A stretch of 64,000 nt of DNA from Balanoglossus misakiensis (Eukaryota > Animalia > Hemichordata), in NCBI GenBank assembly GCA_040954595.2, contig CM082594.2, positions 10,048,296-10,112,295 on the forward strand, in the 5' to 3' direction. Below, one piece after another: positions 1 to 13,900 of this stretch. The translations under genes were made by a program, and so were the position numbers. The number at the start of each line of letters is the position of its first letter. Within the stretch, counting starts at the first letter, position 1. Under the pieces are notes generated by a model. The model did not search any database and was not told the origin of the DNA. It worked only from the letters and a program-made list of their open reading frames with translations.

Positions 1-3000
1 GTCAAACATGATTACAGACAAGGACCAAATAAACAGATCTGATGGGACATGGAATTCTGGGTAAAAATCAAGCAGAAGGCAATCTGGTTTGATCATAGCT
101 GTACATGCAGCAGATGAATGATACACCTCGCCATAATTCAGAACTGAATTGAACTGATGTGAGCCCTAACTGGCATTAGCACTTACATCACCATCAATTT
201 ATCATTATTGTGAATTATCACACATGCCACAGCAATGTTACAGCGGTATAAATCCGCCATGATTAATCTTAGTTTACAATTGGTGAAGCCGGCTTGGAAA
301 AGCTAAGCTTGGGAGAATCATTCCATCCACATCATTCTCCTCCCATCTCACTTCTCAATCTTCTGACTCATCAATTTACATAATCAACCAATTTGTATTC
401 AACTCTGCTTTCACATCAATTTATATCCCTGAAATGTACATGATGCATAACACCTCTTACCTAAAGATACCGTTCTTTCCATCGCTGGTAAATTTTTCTA
501 AAAATCTATAGCCATGACCCAGATCACCTCTTTCTCTCTGCATGAAAGTTCAAACTATTTACTGCCAGAATCACTACCTTCTCAAAGACGCTTCGTAATC
601 AACCCAGTCTGTCTGGAACGTCTCATGAATTTTTCATGCTTACAAGTCAATCAACCCTGATTCACTGCTCCTGCAACAGACGTATGGATCCATATTATAT
701 CACCTCTACACTGTACATGTACATGCATCACTATATACTAAAATTCGAGACAGCTGGCTGTATCCACAGGATTTTATGGACACACTTGACATACAATAAA
801 CAGTTCAGTATTGACCGGCATTCCTCAAGAATCTATAGCCACATTCACAATGTACTGTTAGGTTTTTTTACTATCTGCAATGTGATAAGAATTTGAAGCT
901 AATTCCCTAAATATAAACTCTGGTATCTTATCATAGACAGACAAATGCTTTTCTAATGGGTGCAAAATGGCAATTTGAAAATTGCATAATGTCTGCCTAT
1001 AACAGGGAACAAATATTTTTACATGTACACTGATTAAATTTTGGCACAATCTGATTAAGATGTTGAATAATTTTATGAAGATTTAATTTAGTCACAATTT
1101 TCACTCCATATTTTTTTCTTTAAAATGATCAGATGTGAGACTGTCTCTTAACTGTACTTGAAAGGAATGATAATCATTAAGCATTTAGTCAAACAAGTTT
1201 GTTTGCAATTGGACGATGTGATGTCTGCTCAAGGAGAGAGGGGTGTTTTTTTGTAGACTGGATTTATATTTTTGAATAGAGAATGTTTCAAAATCTGAGT
1301 TTCCCTAAATGAGAACAGTTACCAGTTTGGCAAGTGGGTTACAACCGTGTGGTGTTATCATTCAGTTTAATGCCTGTAGACCGGTTATGGCCTAACACCG
1401 GAAACACTTCACTTAAATGTCACCATGAATTATACCTAAAGCAATACTACATGTACTGACTCCTACTGTGATTGGTGGAATAAATTTACAGGTTTCCAAA
1501 GTACATGTATGAACAGCTGTGAATATGAACAGGAATGTAAAATATTTTGAAAAGGATAGTTATTACTTTTTATGATACAAAAATTTAAATTATATAAATT
1601 GCAGAAGTGAAATAAATCTAAATATATACAAATGTAACTTTGAAATGTATCACATCAACAGCAAATTTTTCGATACTGCCAAAGGTGTCCTATAATGATA
1701 GTAGACTGATCACAGATTTCACTGTATTTAAATATTCAATTAAGATTCCAAACTTGATTTGATAGATAGTAGTACATCAGTACATCAACAGTGATCTGCA
1801 TATTCATTACAATCTGAACCAACAAATATGCATGAATCATCAATAAAATTGGACAACTGGGTCTTTTTTACTAGTTACCATGACAACCGTCTCCCTGGTT
1901 AAGTGGATAAAGTTACCAGTACCTAGACTTAATAAAATTCCAGATGTTGCACCTGTTATAACCTTTATTCAATTTGATTACTTGCTTTGCAAAACGCACA
2001 ATATCAAAATTCATGAATTCAAACCTACTGAACATTTGTCTTTAAAACTGGACAATTGTCTTTATAAACCACGCTATTACTAAGCCAATGTCTCAACAAA
2101 GTACACACTGAACAAATACAGTTATTGAGGGTGTGTGTAGTTTTCTAAATCCTTGAGATTTCCACCTCACGTAATGACCTCAGTCATTCAGTGGCTTCAC
2201 AGGAAGTCTGACCACGGACCCACAACGTGAAAATTGGCCAGTATTCAACCTTGAAAAACACCTACTTTTTCGCAATGTACATGTAATAGACTAATAGCGA
2301 ATTTCACAATTTTAATGGAATATGCTAATGAGTATGACAAAGCCATGGTTAAGATGTAATCAATTATAATTGTTTCAATGAACAGACACGGCCGTGACAT
2401 CACGCCTAGATTGATTATATATTTCAATCTAAGCAGAAGCACACAAAGCCAGTCTCGGTAGGCCTCTTTGTCACTCTGGTTCACAAAACACACAGACCAG
2501 CCACAAATGTCTGCGAAAACTTACCTTTGGTACAGACTCGTGTACGGAATTCTTTCAAGAATACATTGTAATGACTACGAGCAATATGAAGCCCTGTGTC
2601 GATTTCTCAGCAAATCGAACACTGTCTTTTTAGATACATTGTAGCCTAAGACGCCGGGTGAAATCGACAAGCAAACGTCAACATCCATGTTAATCACTTT
2701 AGCGTTTCGTACTCGGTCAACACATTGGGACTAGCCATGGCCCTTTCTCGGCTTCTAAAATAACCTCTGAAGGACGAATTCAAGAAACTGAACCATACAA
2801 ATACGACAAAATTCACAACACCCCTTCTTATATTAACATTTAAGTGCTATGACTCACAATTGAAGGTTTGACCAGCGTTGATAAAACGACAATCTCTACT
2901 TACAGAACACATTACAGTTCCACCACTAGCCTTCATATATCGCTTGGTTTTTCGTTCCTCTGTGTATTCTTCTATCTCCTCTCTCCTAAGCCTTCAGTTT

Positions 3001-3097
3001 GAACAGCATACACGGCGAAAAACTACGAAATTTCCTACATTTTCAGCTTGAACCCTATCATGGCCTTCACATCACAGATTGCAGCAAATCAAACTGA

Positions 3098-3119
3098 TCA
3101 CGTGACCTTACGTGACCTT
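3098..3119. promoter_or_regulatory. E-box/CLEAR-like TCACGTGAC plus tandem ACGTGACCTT x2 in a CpG-rich promoter-like patch
   Basis: TCACGTGACCTTACGTGACCTT at 3098-3119 inside a CpG-rich segment (~2500-3250) flanked by CpG-poor DNA; a strong minus-strand donor AAG|GTAAGT lies at ~2519-2527. Confidence 0.35.
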
Positions 3120-4958
3120 TCACCTTACAGGAACTTCTGATTCTCCGGAATTCACCGAATATATCCGATATAAGATATCCCGAGGGCCGATTGATGCAGC
3201 ATTGGGGTTGCCTGATGTCGTGATGGGCACCAGGCTAGCACTGGGGGTTCCAAGTAAAGAAAGAAACAAATCAAATGATAGCAAGCACTGTCTTTATCAA
3301 TACTCAGTTACTCTTCCAACTGTGGAAGGGTGGCTAGGTGTATGTCTGTCTGTTTATCTTCAAAAACTTTAGAACGGCGGCATAGATCATGTTTAGCTAT
3401 GGTGTTTGCGTGTGCAAGATGGACTAGATGAAATTTGCTCAAATGAAGTTATCCACAGCAAAATATATATTAAAGAGATTGCAAGTATTGTTACAGGGCT
3501 ATGTCACGGAACTTGGAAATCTTGTTGTTGATGATGATGATGATAATAATAAATATTCTTTTAAAAAAGCAATTTGTCAAGCTTGCTTGTTGTTTGTCAC
3601 CTTGATCACTCAACGTCATACCAATCTTCTTATTACGGTCACCCAATGTCACATACATCCACAATTACTGTATGAAGGAACGTTACCTGCACCCAGACTG
3701 AGAGAAGAACTAGACATAACCTCTCTGCAATATAACTTCAGACAAGACCATGTAATGTTCATCAGAATTTATTGATTTGATGTATGATTAGATATCATGT
3801 TTTGGTTGTGATACACAATTATTACTGAAATACACTGAAATACAAGAAGTATGATACTGTTGTATTACACTTACAGTAACAATATTTTGTAGTTGGGAAT
3901 ATTAAAGTCAAATATCATAAATAATGAAATATTACATGCATATTTACAAGCTAATTGGTTAGTACCATATCTGAAGTATTTGTTTTCGCTCATCATTTTG
4001 TCACTTCATTCTATTATCATTTCAGTGTGAACTACTAGTTGCCATGACAAATTCGCAGGTTCTCGATAATATCACTAACTTCCGCAGAATTCATCAAAAA
4101 ATCAACCAAACTTTTTAAACAAAATATGTATATATGTTTATTTTGCAGTTCAAATGTTACATTTTGTCCTTCACAGACAAACTTTTTTTGAGAGTATTTT
4201 TTTCTGAGGTAATATTTTGTGTCTCAAAACAGAAAGTTGACAGATTTCTTTTCACAACTACCAACTTCCAATTTTGCTGCCAACAAAAGACAGAAGCAGG
4301 GGATAAAGTGATTTCAAAAGATGGCTCTTATATATCAAAAATATTTGACTGCACTATATTATCAGTCATCTATTCATCAAAGTCTATTTTCTAGAAAAAC
4401 AATAAAAAGTCAGAGAACATATAGAAATGTGCACCAGTCAAATGCTACACTCACTAAACTACAAATAATACATATACTTTTTTCTGGGTAACATACAAAT
4501 GATTAGTAGCAAAACTTAAATACAATTATTGTTGCAAGAAAAAATCTAGCAACATCAGTAATAAGAGAAATTTCATAATATCGGTACACAATAATTCAGT
4601 ATTTTAGAGTCAACAAATTCATGTATCCTCATGTTGCATGGCCTTGTCAATGTTCTACAGTTTACTGATAATCTTCTTGATTACCTAAACTTTGTCATTT
4701 GAAACTAAATCTTCTTCGAGTGACAGAAATTCACTCAGTCTCATACACTTACCAAGAATATTACATTCAAGAAAATACATAATGATTGTATATTTATTCA
4801 TTATACGTATAACCATGCAGTTTGTTTTCAAGTAATATTACAAATATATATTACACACTTTTTTTATTAAACATGTCAGTATATCTTTGACCAAATTCAT
4901 TGTTAAATTCCTGCATTGATCACATTCTGTTTTGATAGTCCATCTTTGGTTGGAATTT

Positions 4959-7900
4959 CTATTTTCTACTGTCATCAACAACTGTTGACATGGTGATTAT
5001 CGCTGGCTGGACATCATCTGTGTTTTCATCATCACCATCATCACCATCATCTTCATCCAACTTAAATGGCAGTTCCTCATATTTGTCAGGCCACTCTTCC
5101 ACACTGACTTTATCCAGTGCACCGTACGGAGGTTCGGATAAATCCATTCCGCCCTCAGAATGAATCTCTGGGTCCAACTTGACTTCAACATCTTCAACCG
5201 GATGACCAGACTCCAATTTCGAGAAGGCCTCATCGATTCTCTCCTCATCAACTCTCCCCGGTACATCTCGCGTGGTTTCTTCCACATTTTCAATCATACT
5301 GTCTTCCGACGTTTCCATCCATTCCTGGATTTCTTTCTCAATCTGCAGGACAGGATCAAGCTCCTCACTTTTCCCATCTCCCAGCATCGCATCCTCTTCC
5401 ATTTGCAGAACTGCCTCGGTTTCTTCCTTCATCACTCCTTCTCTGACATCTTCCGGTTCTTCAAGTGGCTCTTCGACTTTCAACTCCACCCGATGACTGT
5501 CCACCCACTTCTTAATCTCTTCTTCAATCTCCACTAAAGCTTCAGAACTCTCAGGTTTGTCTTTGCTCTGCTCCGTTTCCAATGTTTGGCTCTTGTTCAC
5601 CGTTGTTGATGTGACTGTCATAGAGTCACTGGTGCCCCTGTGTGTACTTGATGTGGCAGTGGCATTTACCAGTCGACTCAGAAGTTTGGGCGTCTGGTGG
5701 CTGTGCATTGCAGTCACTGATGGTTTCTACAAAATTGAATTTTGAAGAATATGATCACTATTCATTAACATTTTCACATGCTGGAACTGTACAGAAAATA
5801 TTGATCTTAATTCCCATTATGACAAGGTGTTAATAAGACAATCTGTGGTTCATACCATGGAAGTTTTCACATCTTCAATTGATTCATCTTTATTAGTGAT
5901 TTCATCACTGGTTGGGATTTTCTTGTGACTGTTATGATTGGTGCTTTCAGAAACTGCAGATGGATCTTCACTCATGTTACCTGCATTAACAGAAATTTGG
6001 ACATATGGTGTTATGCATGTGATTGAGAGAAAAGTGAGTTAATTGATACAAGCACAATATGCTGAATATATATTAATGTACAATTCTTTTCACACACCTG
6101 TGGTTACGATATCTGGAATTTTTTCTGGCATGTCAGTCAACGGAATTTCAATTTCTTTCGGTATGATGTGCGGCATTTCTGTCACATTGAGATTTTCTCT
6201 TTCTGGGTCCAACACCGTCTCCCCACCCTCGTGACTTTCACTTTCAACATCATAGACATTTGTCACAAAGGGTTCACCAATCAGAACACCAGATCCTTCT
6301 GTAACCAGGATACCAACTTCTTCCTCAAGACCTGATCCAACATCTGTCAAAGAAAACAAAAATATAAATTTTGTACAAAGGAAAATACTGAAACCATGCA
6401 GTCTATATGCAATCCCAAAACTTGACTGGGATTATATTCTGTCAGCTAGCTCTCACCTTCACATTCATCAAATGGCACAGCCTGTATGGGTGAACCATAT
6501 TTGCACGCAGCCTCTTCCATGCGACACAGGTTGGCGTAAATGATACCATCACTGCCACACACACGTGGGCCGAGGTCATGGCTGCAGTCACGTACGCACG
6601 CACACCGTTCAATGTTGTCTTCGTCCATCTGTACACAACCAAAGATTGAATTGCAACCTGGTGATATGGCTGCCTCCTCCACATATGCTGAAAACAAAAA
6701 AAGACTTTTGTTAGTGGTATACCTAAACTGATCGACAAATGTCTGATATGTGAAATCTGGAATATGAAAGCAGCATGCGCCCCTGAAACAAAACCATTTG
6801 CCAATATGGTGAAGTACTCACTTGCAAATGCACTGAAACTGTCCTCTCGTAATTCATTGCACATTCTGCCTTCACAAAGCTCTTGTGAGAGTGGACTGTT
6901 CCTGGAAACATTGTAAAACCTGGTCGCCTCATAGTCTGTGAAAGCCAAGCAAAGGAGTCAAATTGAGAAGTTAAAATTATTGGAATTAAGAAGTTAAAAT
7001 GATTGAAATGATAAATGATGTAATACAACTTGCAATAATTTCAACTCACTTGGTTCATAGTAATCATAGACTCTGACAGGAACTGGTTTGGTTTTGCCAA
7101 CAACGTAATCCCGGAATGCTTCAAAACTGATACAAGTCTGGCATTCACTGGGAATTTCATCTAAATAGAAGAGTACCTTCCTTCCATCTACTTCATATCG
7201 TTTGATGGCAGTTTTTCTGTCCAACAACATCTGACAAAAGTATCAAAAAAGATGGTCAGAAGTTACAATAACAACTCACAACAACAACTGCATGTACAGA
7301 ATCAACTCATGTCGAAAATGATCTCCAGTTACTACGGTACTTTTATGTGTCAATTTTAAAAGTGGTGCAATAACTCACCTCATCCAGATTTTCAATATCA
7401 GGTCTAAAACCTGTCAGAAGAGAGACTTCAACAACTGCCATGTTGGATGAGCCTGCATGAAGCCATCTACAGGAAATAAACAGATTTGTCATTGGTATAT
7501 TGATATATTTTACCTAACATTTGACTTTACCACCTTGTTACAAAATACCTAAAGATCCCTTGTAACATATAGCAACTGAATGTAAACACATCATACATAC
7601 CTGGTACATGTTTCTATGGTAACTTTATAATCTTCACCCAGTTCATTGGATTCGTTGAAATCTTCCTCAATGACAGATCTCTTGTGATTGGCTCGTTGTT
7701 TTTGGTGTTTCCGTCTTTTCCTTCTTTCCTGGACTTTGATGTCCAGTTTGAAAGCCGGAGCAGCAGTTGGATCCGGAATGTTGTAGGTCACATCAATCTG
7801 AATAGAATTTCATTTGCGAGGCAATTTTAATTCTAACTTCTCTCAATATTTTCGTACAAGTAGTAACAATGGTTTTCCTGTTAACAGGTACAGTAAATGT

Positions 7901-10900
7901 AAATGTAGTTATACTTTAGTGGTTTTTTTTTATTTACCTGCAATAAAGCACATCCATCACCTTCAGCCCTAACAAATAGACCAGCAGGTAGGCTTGGAAT
8001 CTGCAAAGATAAAAAGGAACGAAAACGCACAATTTTAATAAGTAGAGATGTGAAAAGGAGAAAAATGTTACAAGCAATTTAAATGAAAATGTATACAATA
8101 ATGATATAGATATTAACACAAAAAACAACTTACTATGTCTGTCTGCAATACTTCGCTGTTCTCCTTGTTGAGATGGAAGACTTTTGAGAAGTCTAAGTTA
8201 GTCGATGCCACAGTGATGGAGACATTGACACCACCCATGTACGCAAGGATGGCATACTCAGACAATCCCTGCAACGCTACACACGTGTCCTGTTAAGAAA
8301 ATATTCAATGGAAAGTGTTTAGTGAAGAGCACATAAGTAAATTGTGTGTGTATTCAAATTTGCTTAAAGGTAGTGGACTGCTCTGATGCAGTGTAATGTC
8401 ATCACATTGCAGCAGAAATTTACCTGTGTTGATGCAAATCCACCAAGGGAATTCCTCTGCTTGGAAAGCCATTTGACAATGGGCAACGCGGAGGCCACAT
8501 CACCCATAGCAGTGTAAGTCAGCAGTCCATATGCTGTCATCTCTACTTCAGCTGAGTTCATGGACTGTTTCAAACCGTCACTGAATTCAAATAGTGATTC
8601 TGTCTCCATATCAGGGCTGTAGAACCTCCAATAAGTGAAACCATCTATTCAGTGAAAAATAAGAAACTTTTAATTCACTGTGATGGATGCATTTAGTAAT
8701 TTTGAAAGTACTTTGCATGAAAACCATCAACACGATTCAAACTATAACATACACATACAACCACAAACAAACAAACAAACAAACAAACAAACAACATTGA
8801 CAAACCTTTCTTAATTGCAAAAGTATTCAATCTTCTAACAGCAGCCCCAGCTTGCGGGCTCTTCAGAACAGTTAATGCATATGCAGTCTGTGCTGCTGTG
8901 TATGGATCCGAGATCTGGCCTGTTGCTACGTTGACTTCTAAGAATTTCTGGGCTGCTTGTACTGCATTGGCTTCTCTTTCAGTGTTCACACCAACTTCTA
9001 AGAGTGCCACCAACACATAGGCTGTCAGGGAAATACGACCCTTCAAACCACCCTGCAATAAACACACATAGTTTATACTCTAAGCAAAACAAATCACAAA
9101 GACATGATCCTTACAAAATGTGTGCGACCAAATTTTCTATTTGCTCAGAGACAGTATTCCTACCTGAATATCCTTATTGATAACCCTTCCAACTGGTGGG
9201 AAATATCCATCTTTCTTTTGGTGTTTGATAATCCAGTTGACGCTCTCCTGCAATTCCTTGGAATCAACATAGATGAAGGATCTCGACTGGGCGAAGGATT
9301 TCAGAACAAACGCTGTCAACCACATACTTCCAGCAGAGTCTCGTTCACCAAATGCGCTGTAAGAGCCATCTTGTCTCTTGTATGTCAGCTGCCTCTGGTA
9401 TCCTTTAAAAATAATCATCGCAGAAAGAACAGTTATTAGTTCAGAATTCATTGGTGAATGGCAGATGTGGCAAACAAGTTCTTAATGTAATTTTTTTAGA
9501 ATCTGGCAGAAATACCATGGGTGAAACAAAAGCTTTATTTCAAGCCTACCTTCTACCAGATATTGGAGAGCCTCTTCTTCAGTTTGTGGTGTTAGTTGTA
9601 GGGTCCGCTTAAGATATCTCAAGACATACACATTGGGAGCAAAATGGATCATGTTCTGTTCCCCACAGCCAAATGGAAGTCTCAGTAAATTATGCAAATT
9701 GGTTAGAGTGGGTCCCATCACATCACCTGCGAAGATAAATTCAACATCTCAAAATTATACCATCCATTCAAACATAAAATCCTGTGAGAAACATAACAGT
9801 ATCTCTTGAAGACCATTCACTTACCAATCATTGAAGCCACTGCTCTCTCTGATCCCTTGACAACATTCAGAGGAATTCCGAGTTGGAAGACTTCGCTGTA
9901 TGTACTATCAACATCTGAAATGATCAAAGTCGTTGCAGTTTGTAAAATTATTACATTTGTATACTTCCAGTATCAATAATGGAAAATAAACTTTTCATCT
10001 TTGTAATCAAAGAATTCTGCAACCATGTGAATTCATTACAGTTTGAATTACGTACTCTCTTTCTTCCATATTTTGAATTCACCCATGGAGCCCCAGCCAG
10101 TTGAGAAACCAATGTACATTACTGGAAGTGGGTTTGTATCTTGCCAAGTCAGAAATACTGAGTCATTACTTGGCGTCATTCCATGTCCAACCTGTAAAAG
10201 AAACAAAATTCAGCATTCAGTGTTTCGTCTATTATTTGTAAATTTAAAACTCAATTTCTACACTATGTAGTTTTTAACTGATCACCTACCTGGATGTAAC
10301 CATTTTCCCAGCTGATCCAGAAAGCTCTGAATTCATCCCAAGTTACAATATCTCTGCTAGGTACACTCACTTCATGTTCACCTAAACAACATTCAAATAC
10401 ATTACACCTAATTAATATTTTATCAAGATGCCTGCTTTCATATCAGATATATTTCAGGTTTGCAAGAAACAGGTTGTTATCAATGATATACTTTCACTCG
10501 ATCAACAGATCTTTACCTTGTTTAGACCGTGTAATCCATGATTCTGTATTCTGAAATCCACCAATGACAATCTCATACATTTCAGGCAGATCTTGAGGCA
10601 GTGCTGACAGAGCCAAGTGTAGATCATTAGCAGCCTTGGCAGCAAAGGTGAAATAGATGAGTTCGTCTGGTAACTTCACATACTGGTATTCATAGTTGTT
10701 TGGGGTTGAAATATGGATTCTTTCTGTCAAACAAGAAAAGGAATAAAAGTGATGAGTGCGTGTTGTCATTGTGACAAGATTTCATTGCAGATAGTTTCCC
10801 TGCTGTAAAATTTCTCAAATTTTCTGTGTTTATAAAAAATTTATACTCACCATTTGGACAGAAGAAGACACTGTGTGTGTAATATCGTGGTATACCTTCA

Positions 10901-13900
10901 GGCTGTAATAAAAAAAGATGACAATCATCATGATAAAAACTTTGACAAGGAAAAAAAACTAATAACAAAATGATGTAAGGTATATAATACTTTACCTCAA
11001 CAAACATCTGTCTAGACACTCTGTCCACAGCTACCAACACATCTTCAAATTTTGTTGACGAATAGCCACAGCAATTGGCAGATTCATGAGCTTCAGCATG
11101 GGCTAAAATAGCGAAGAGAGACAAAGTTTTTATCAAGATGATATGATTAATGGATAAATTCTCATTTCACAGAAAGTGCTGATCAGTTAACAATGTTCAG
11201 AGGAAGCCTATACAATTCTGCTACCTCGAGATCAAATAATATCTTCTCACCAGTGATATTCTTATGCCCAAGTTCATCAAAGACTAGTGTCACAGATGTG
11301 GCTTGCGTTTCTCTCGCTTGTAGACACAATTTTTGAGTTGTTCTTCTGTGATGTTCGGAAAGGAATCTCACACCTTCTGGTATATGCACAGACAGATGAA
11401 CCTAGATAGATAGATACATGTAGAATCATAATAATTACTCTAAGTCAGTTTTGCTGTTTAACTTCGTACCTGGAACTGTCATTTCTTAAACTCTTACTAT
11501 AATGAGTTGTCGACCTTTTTACCCACAATGCAATTAACTACAATTGATTTGACCCCCTTTCCAAGTAAGAGGTAAACCCCTATTTAAGGTAGCAAGAATT
11601 ATACTTACCTCAGCACAGACATCTAGATAGTTGAAGACAGTGACTGGCAATTTGATTTGTTCTCCCCTGATGACAGAGTATGGAATGGTGAATTCCACAA
11701 AGAACGGTTTGAAGGTTTTGATGCTGGCTGTTTGTGCCAATCCAAGTCCATACTGCCTGGACACACTCACTGCATCAACCATCCAAGATGTAATGGTGTC
11801 TGGGACTTTAATTTTCATAGTCTCCTGCTTTCTGGTTGAGCTGAAAAATAAAATGAAATACTTGAGCATCAAATACAAACTGTTTCACCTCTCACTGACA
11901 TTGTCTGGTTGTTTTAAATGGAAATATACAATATCTTACCTTATATTGAAACACTGCCATATCCATGTCTCTGGGAAGTAAGTTCTTTTCCGACGTTCTG
12001 ACTTTGGAATATTGGAGTAAGTCTGTGTGTTACCGGCTAGCGCCTGGACAAAATCTGAAAAGTTGGCATAAGGGACAGACGTTGTAATTGAATAAAATAA
12101 ATATTCAGTAAAGTGGGAAAGTACCCCCACCAGAAGTAAACACTCACCTGGTTGTGTATAGATGTGTCCGTCTGACAGCGAACTTTCCTGTCTGTGGTTC
12201 AACACCACACGATCAGTCATTACAGTCAGACCAGTTTCCTGCAATATGAAACATAATAATATCATGAAGTTCAAAGTGAAACTGACTGTTTTGGACAACT
12301 GCATGTGTACTGAAAATGAATCACTTCATAAATGTGCTAGTCAGCACAAGAAAGCAGAAGTTTGACATTAACAAACTTCCTCATCACATACCACAAATGC
12401 AAATTTTGCATCCCTGGAAAGCCATGACATTAGATTTCTCTTCTTCCTCGTTGAAAATTCCCAAAAGAACATGTCGTCATTGCTCACTCTGCTGGCATCA
12501 TAATCTTCTAACTCATCAAAAATCTACATTTGACAAATGTAAAGCGAGAAAAATTGTCAGGAAAATATTACAAACGATATAGAGTGAATGAGAATAAATT
12601 CAATTGGTGTGTCACACAAGATACTAAGTAAATTCTCTGTAATGTTACCTCTTCGACAGTCAATTGATATCCAGGTTTCATCAGATACACACTTCTATCC
12701 ACCGCAGCAAGACAGACACAGGATCCAGGTTTGCCATTCAATGTGACGTCAATATTTTCACCAGGATATACTTCATCTTTTGATAGACTCACTGAAATCT
12801 GTCAAATGTTTTTGAAAATGAAAAGTGCAGTTTAGAAGAACCTCAACCTTGAATTTGCTGTCAGAATAAAGCTGCGCAAATTTTAATGTTAACATCAACA
12901 TCACAGTGAGTGAAAAAGTTTATCAAAGTAAGGAGTTTTGAGACAACTAAGGATTCCCATACCTGATTTTCGAAGACTGGTTTGACTGGAATCTGAATAC
13001 TATCAGCAACACCTTCATAGTTGTCTCGGACATAGTATACCACCAGTCGACTTAGAGGTGCCATCTCATACGTTACATCAAACTGGATGCTGGTCTGACA
13101 TGTGTCAGACACTGTTGGTGTACTTTCTGTGGTTGCTTCAATAGGTTCTGTTGACACAAACATGATTGGCTGTCAAACTGTACTAACAGTGACAGTGCAG
13201 ACTTTTCAACGGAGCTCTAAGTCTTTTATTGTCAAGGTACATGATCTCTATGGACACAAGCTGGACAGAAGAGTTCTATTTGTCAAATGCAAAAGACAGA
13301 ATCTTGAGATATGAAAGTAATGCGGACTAAAGGTAATTATAGATCATTGTCTCTATTCTCATGATTATAGCAATGAGTGGTTGACTTTTTTACCCACAGT
13401 GCAATTCAATATATGAAATGACCATTCACCTTGAAGTACAGGCTGACCATTAAGGAAAGTGACAACACTGGAATTTGCTTCTCTCTTCCTGAATGAATGC
13501 AATGAGTTGTGAGATCCCGATATTACGATATTTCCTCTGGACATCACTTCATAGTGAAGAGTGAAATTACAGGGACATGTCGATAACACAGCCACCTCTG
13601 CGGTATCGCCAACCTGAAATTTGAGGTAGAAATAAAATACAATTACAATTCATGGATAAGTGTATTTTGAAGTTATGCCTAAATGCATACATGTATTCTG
13701 GTCATGTACAGTGATTTAGCTATTGAGCAACTAGAAAATTGACACAATTGTACATACCTGAATATTGCTGTTCAAACTCTCCAGCATAATATGGCATTTG
13801 CTGGGTGCATACCAGCTACTGATTGACATATATGTGGAGAAGTAACTGTCACTCACATCTTCACCATCAATGGTTATCACCTTGGCCTGGAAGTCAAACA

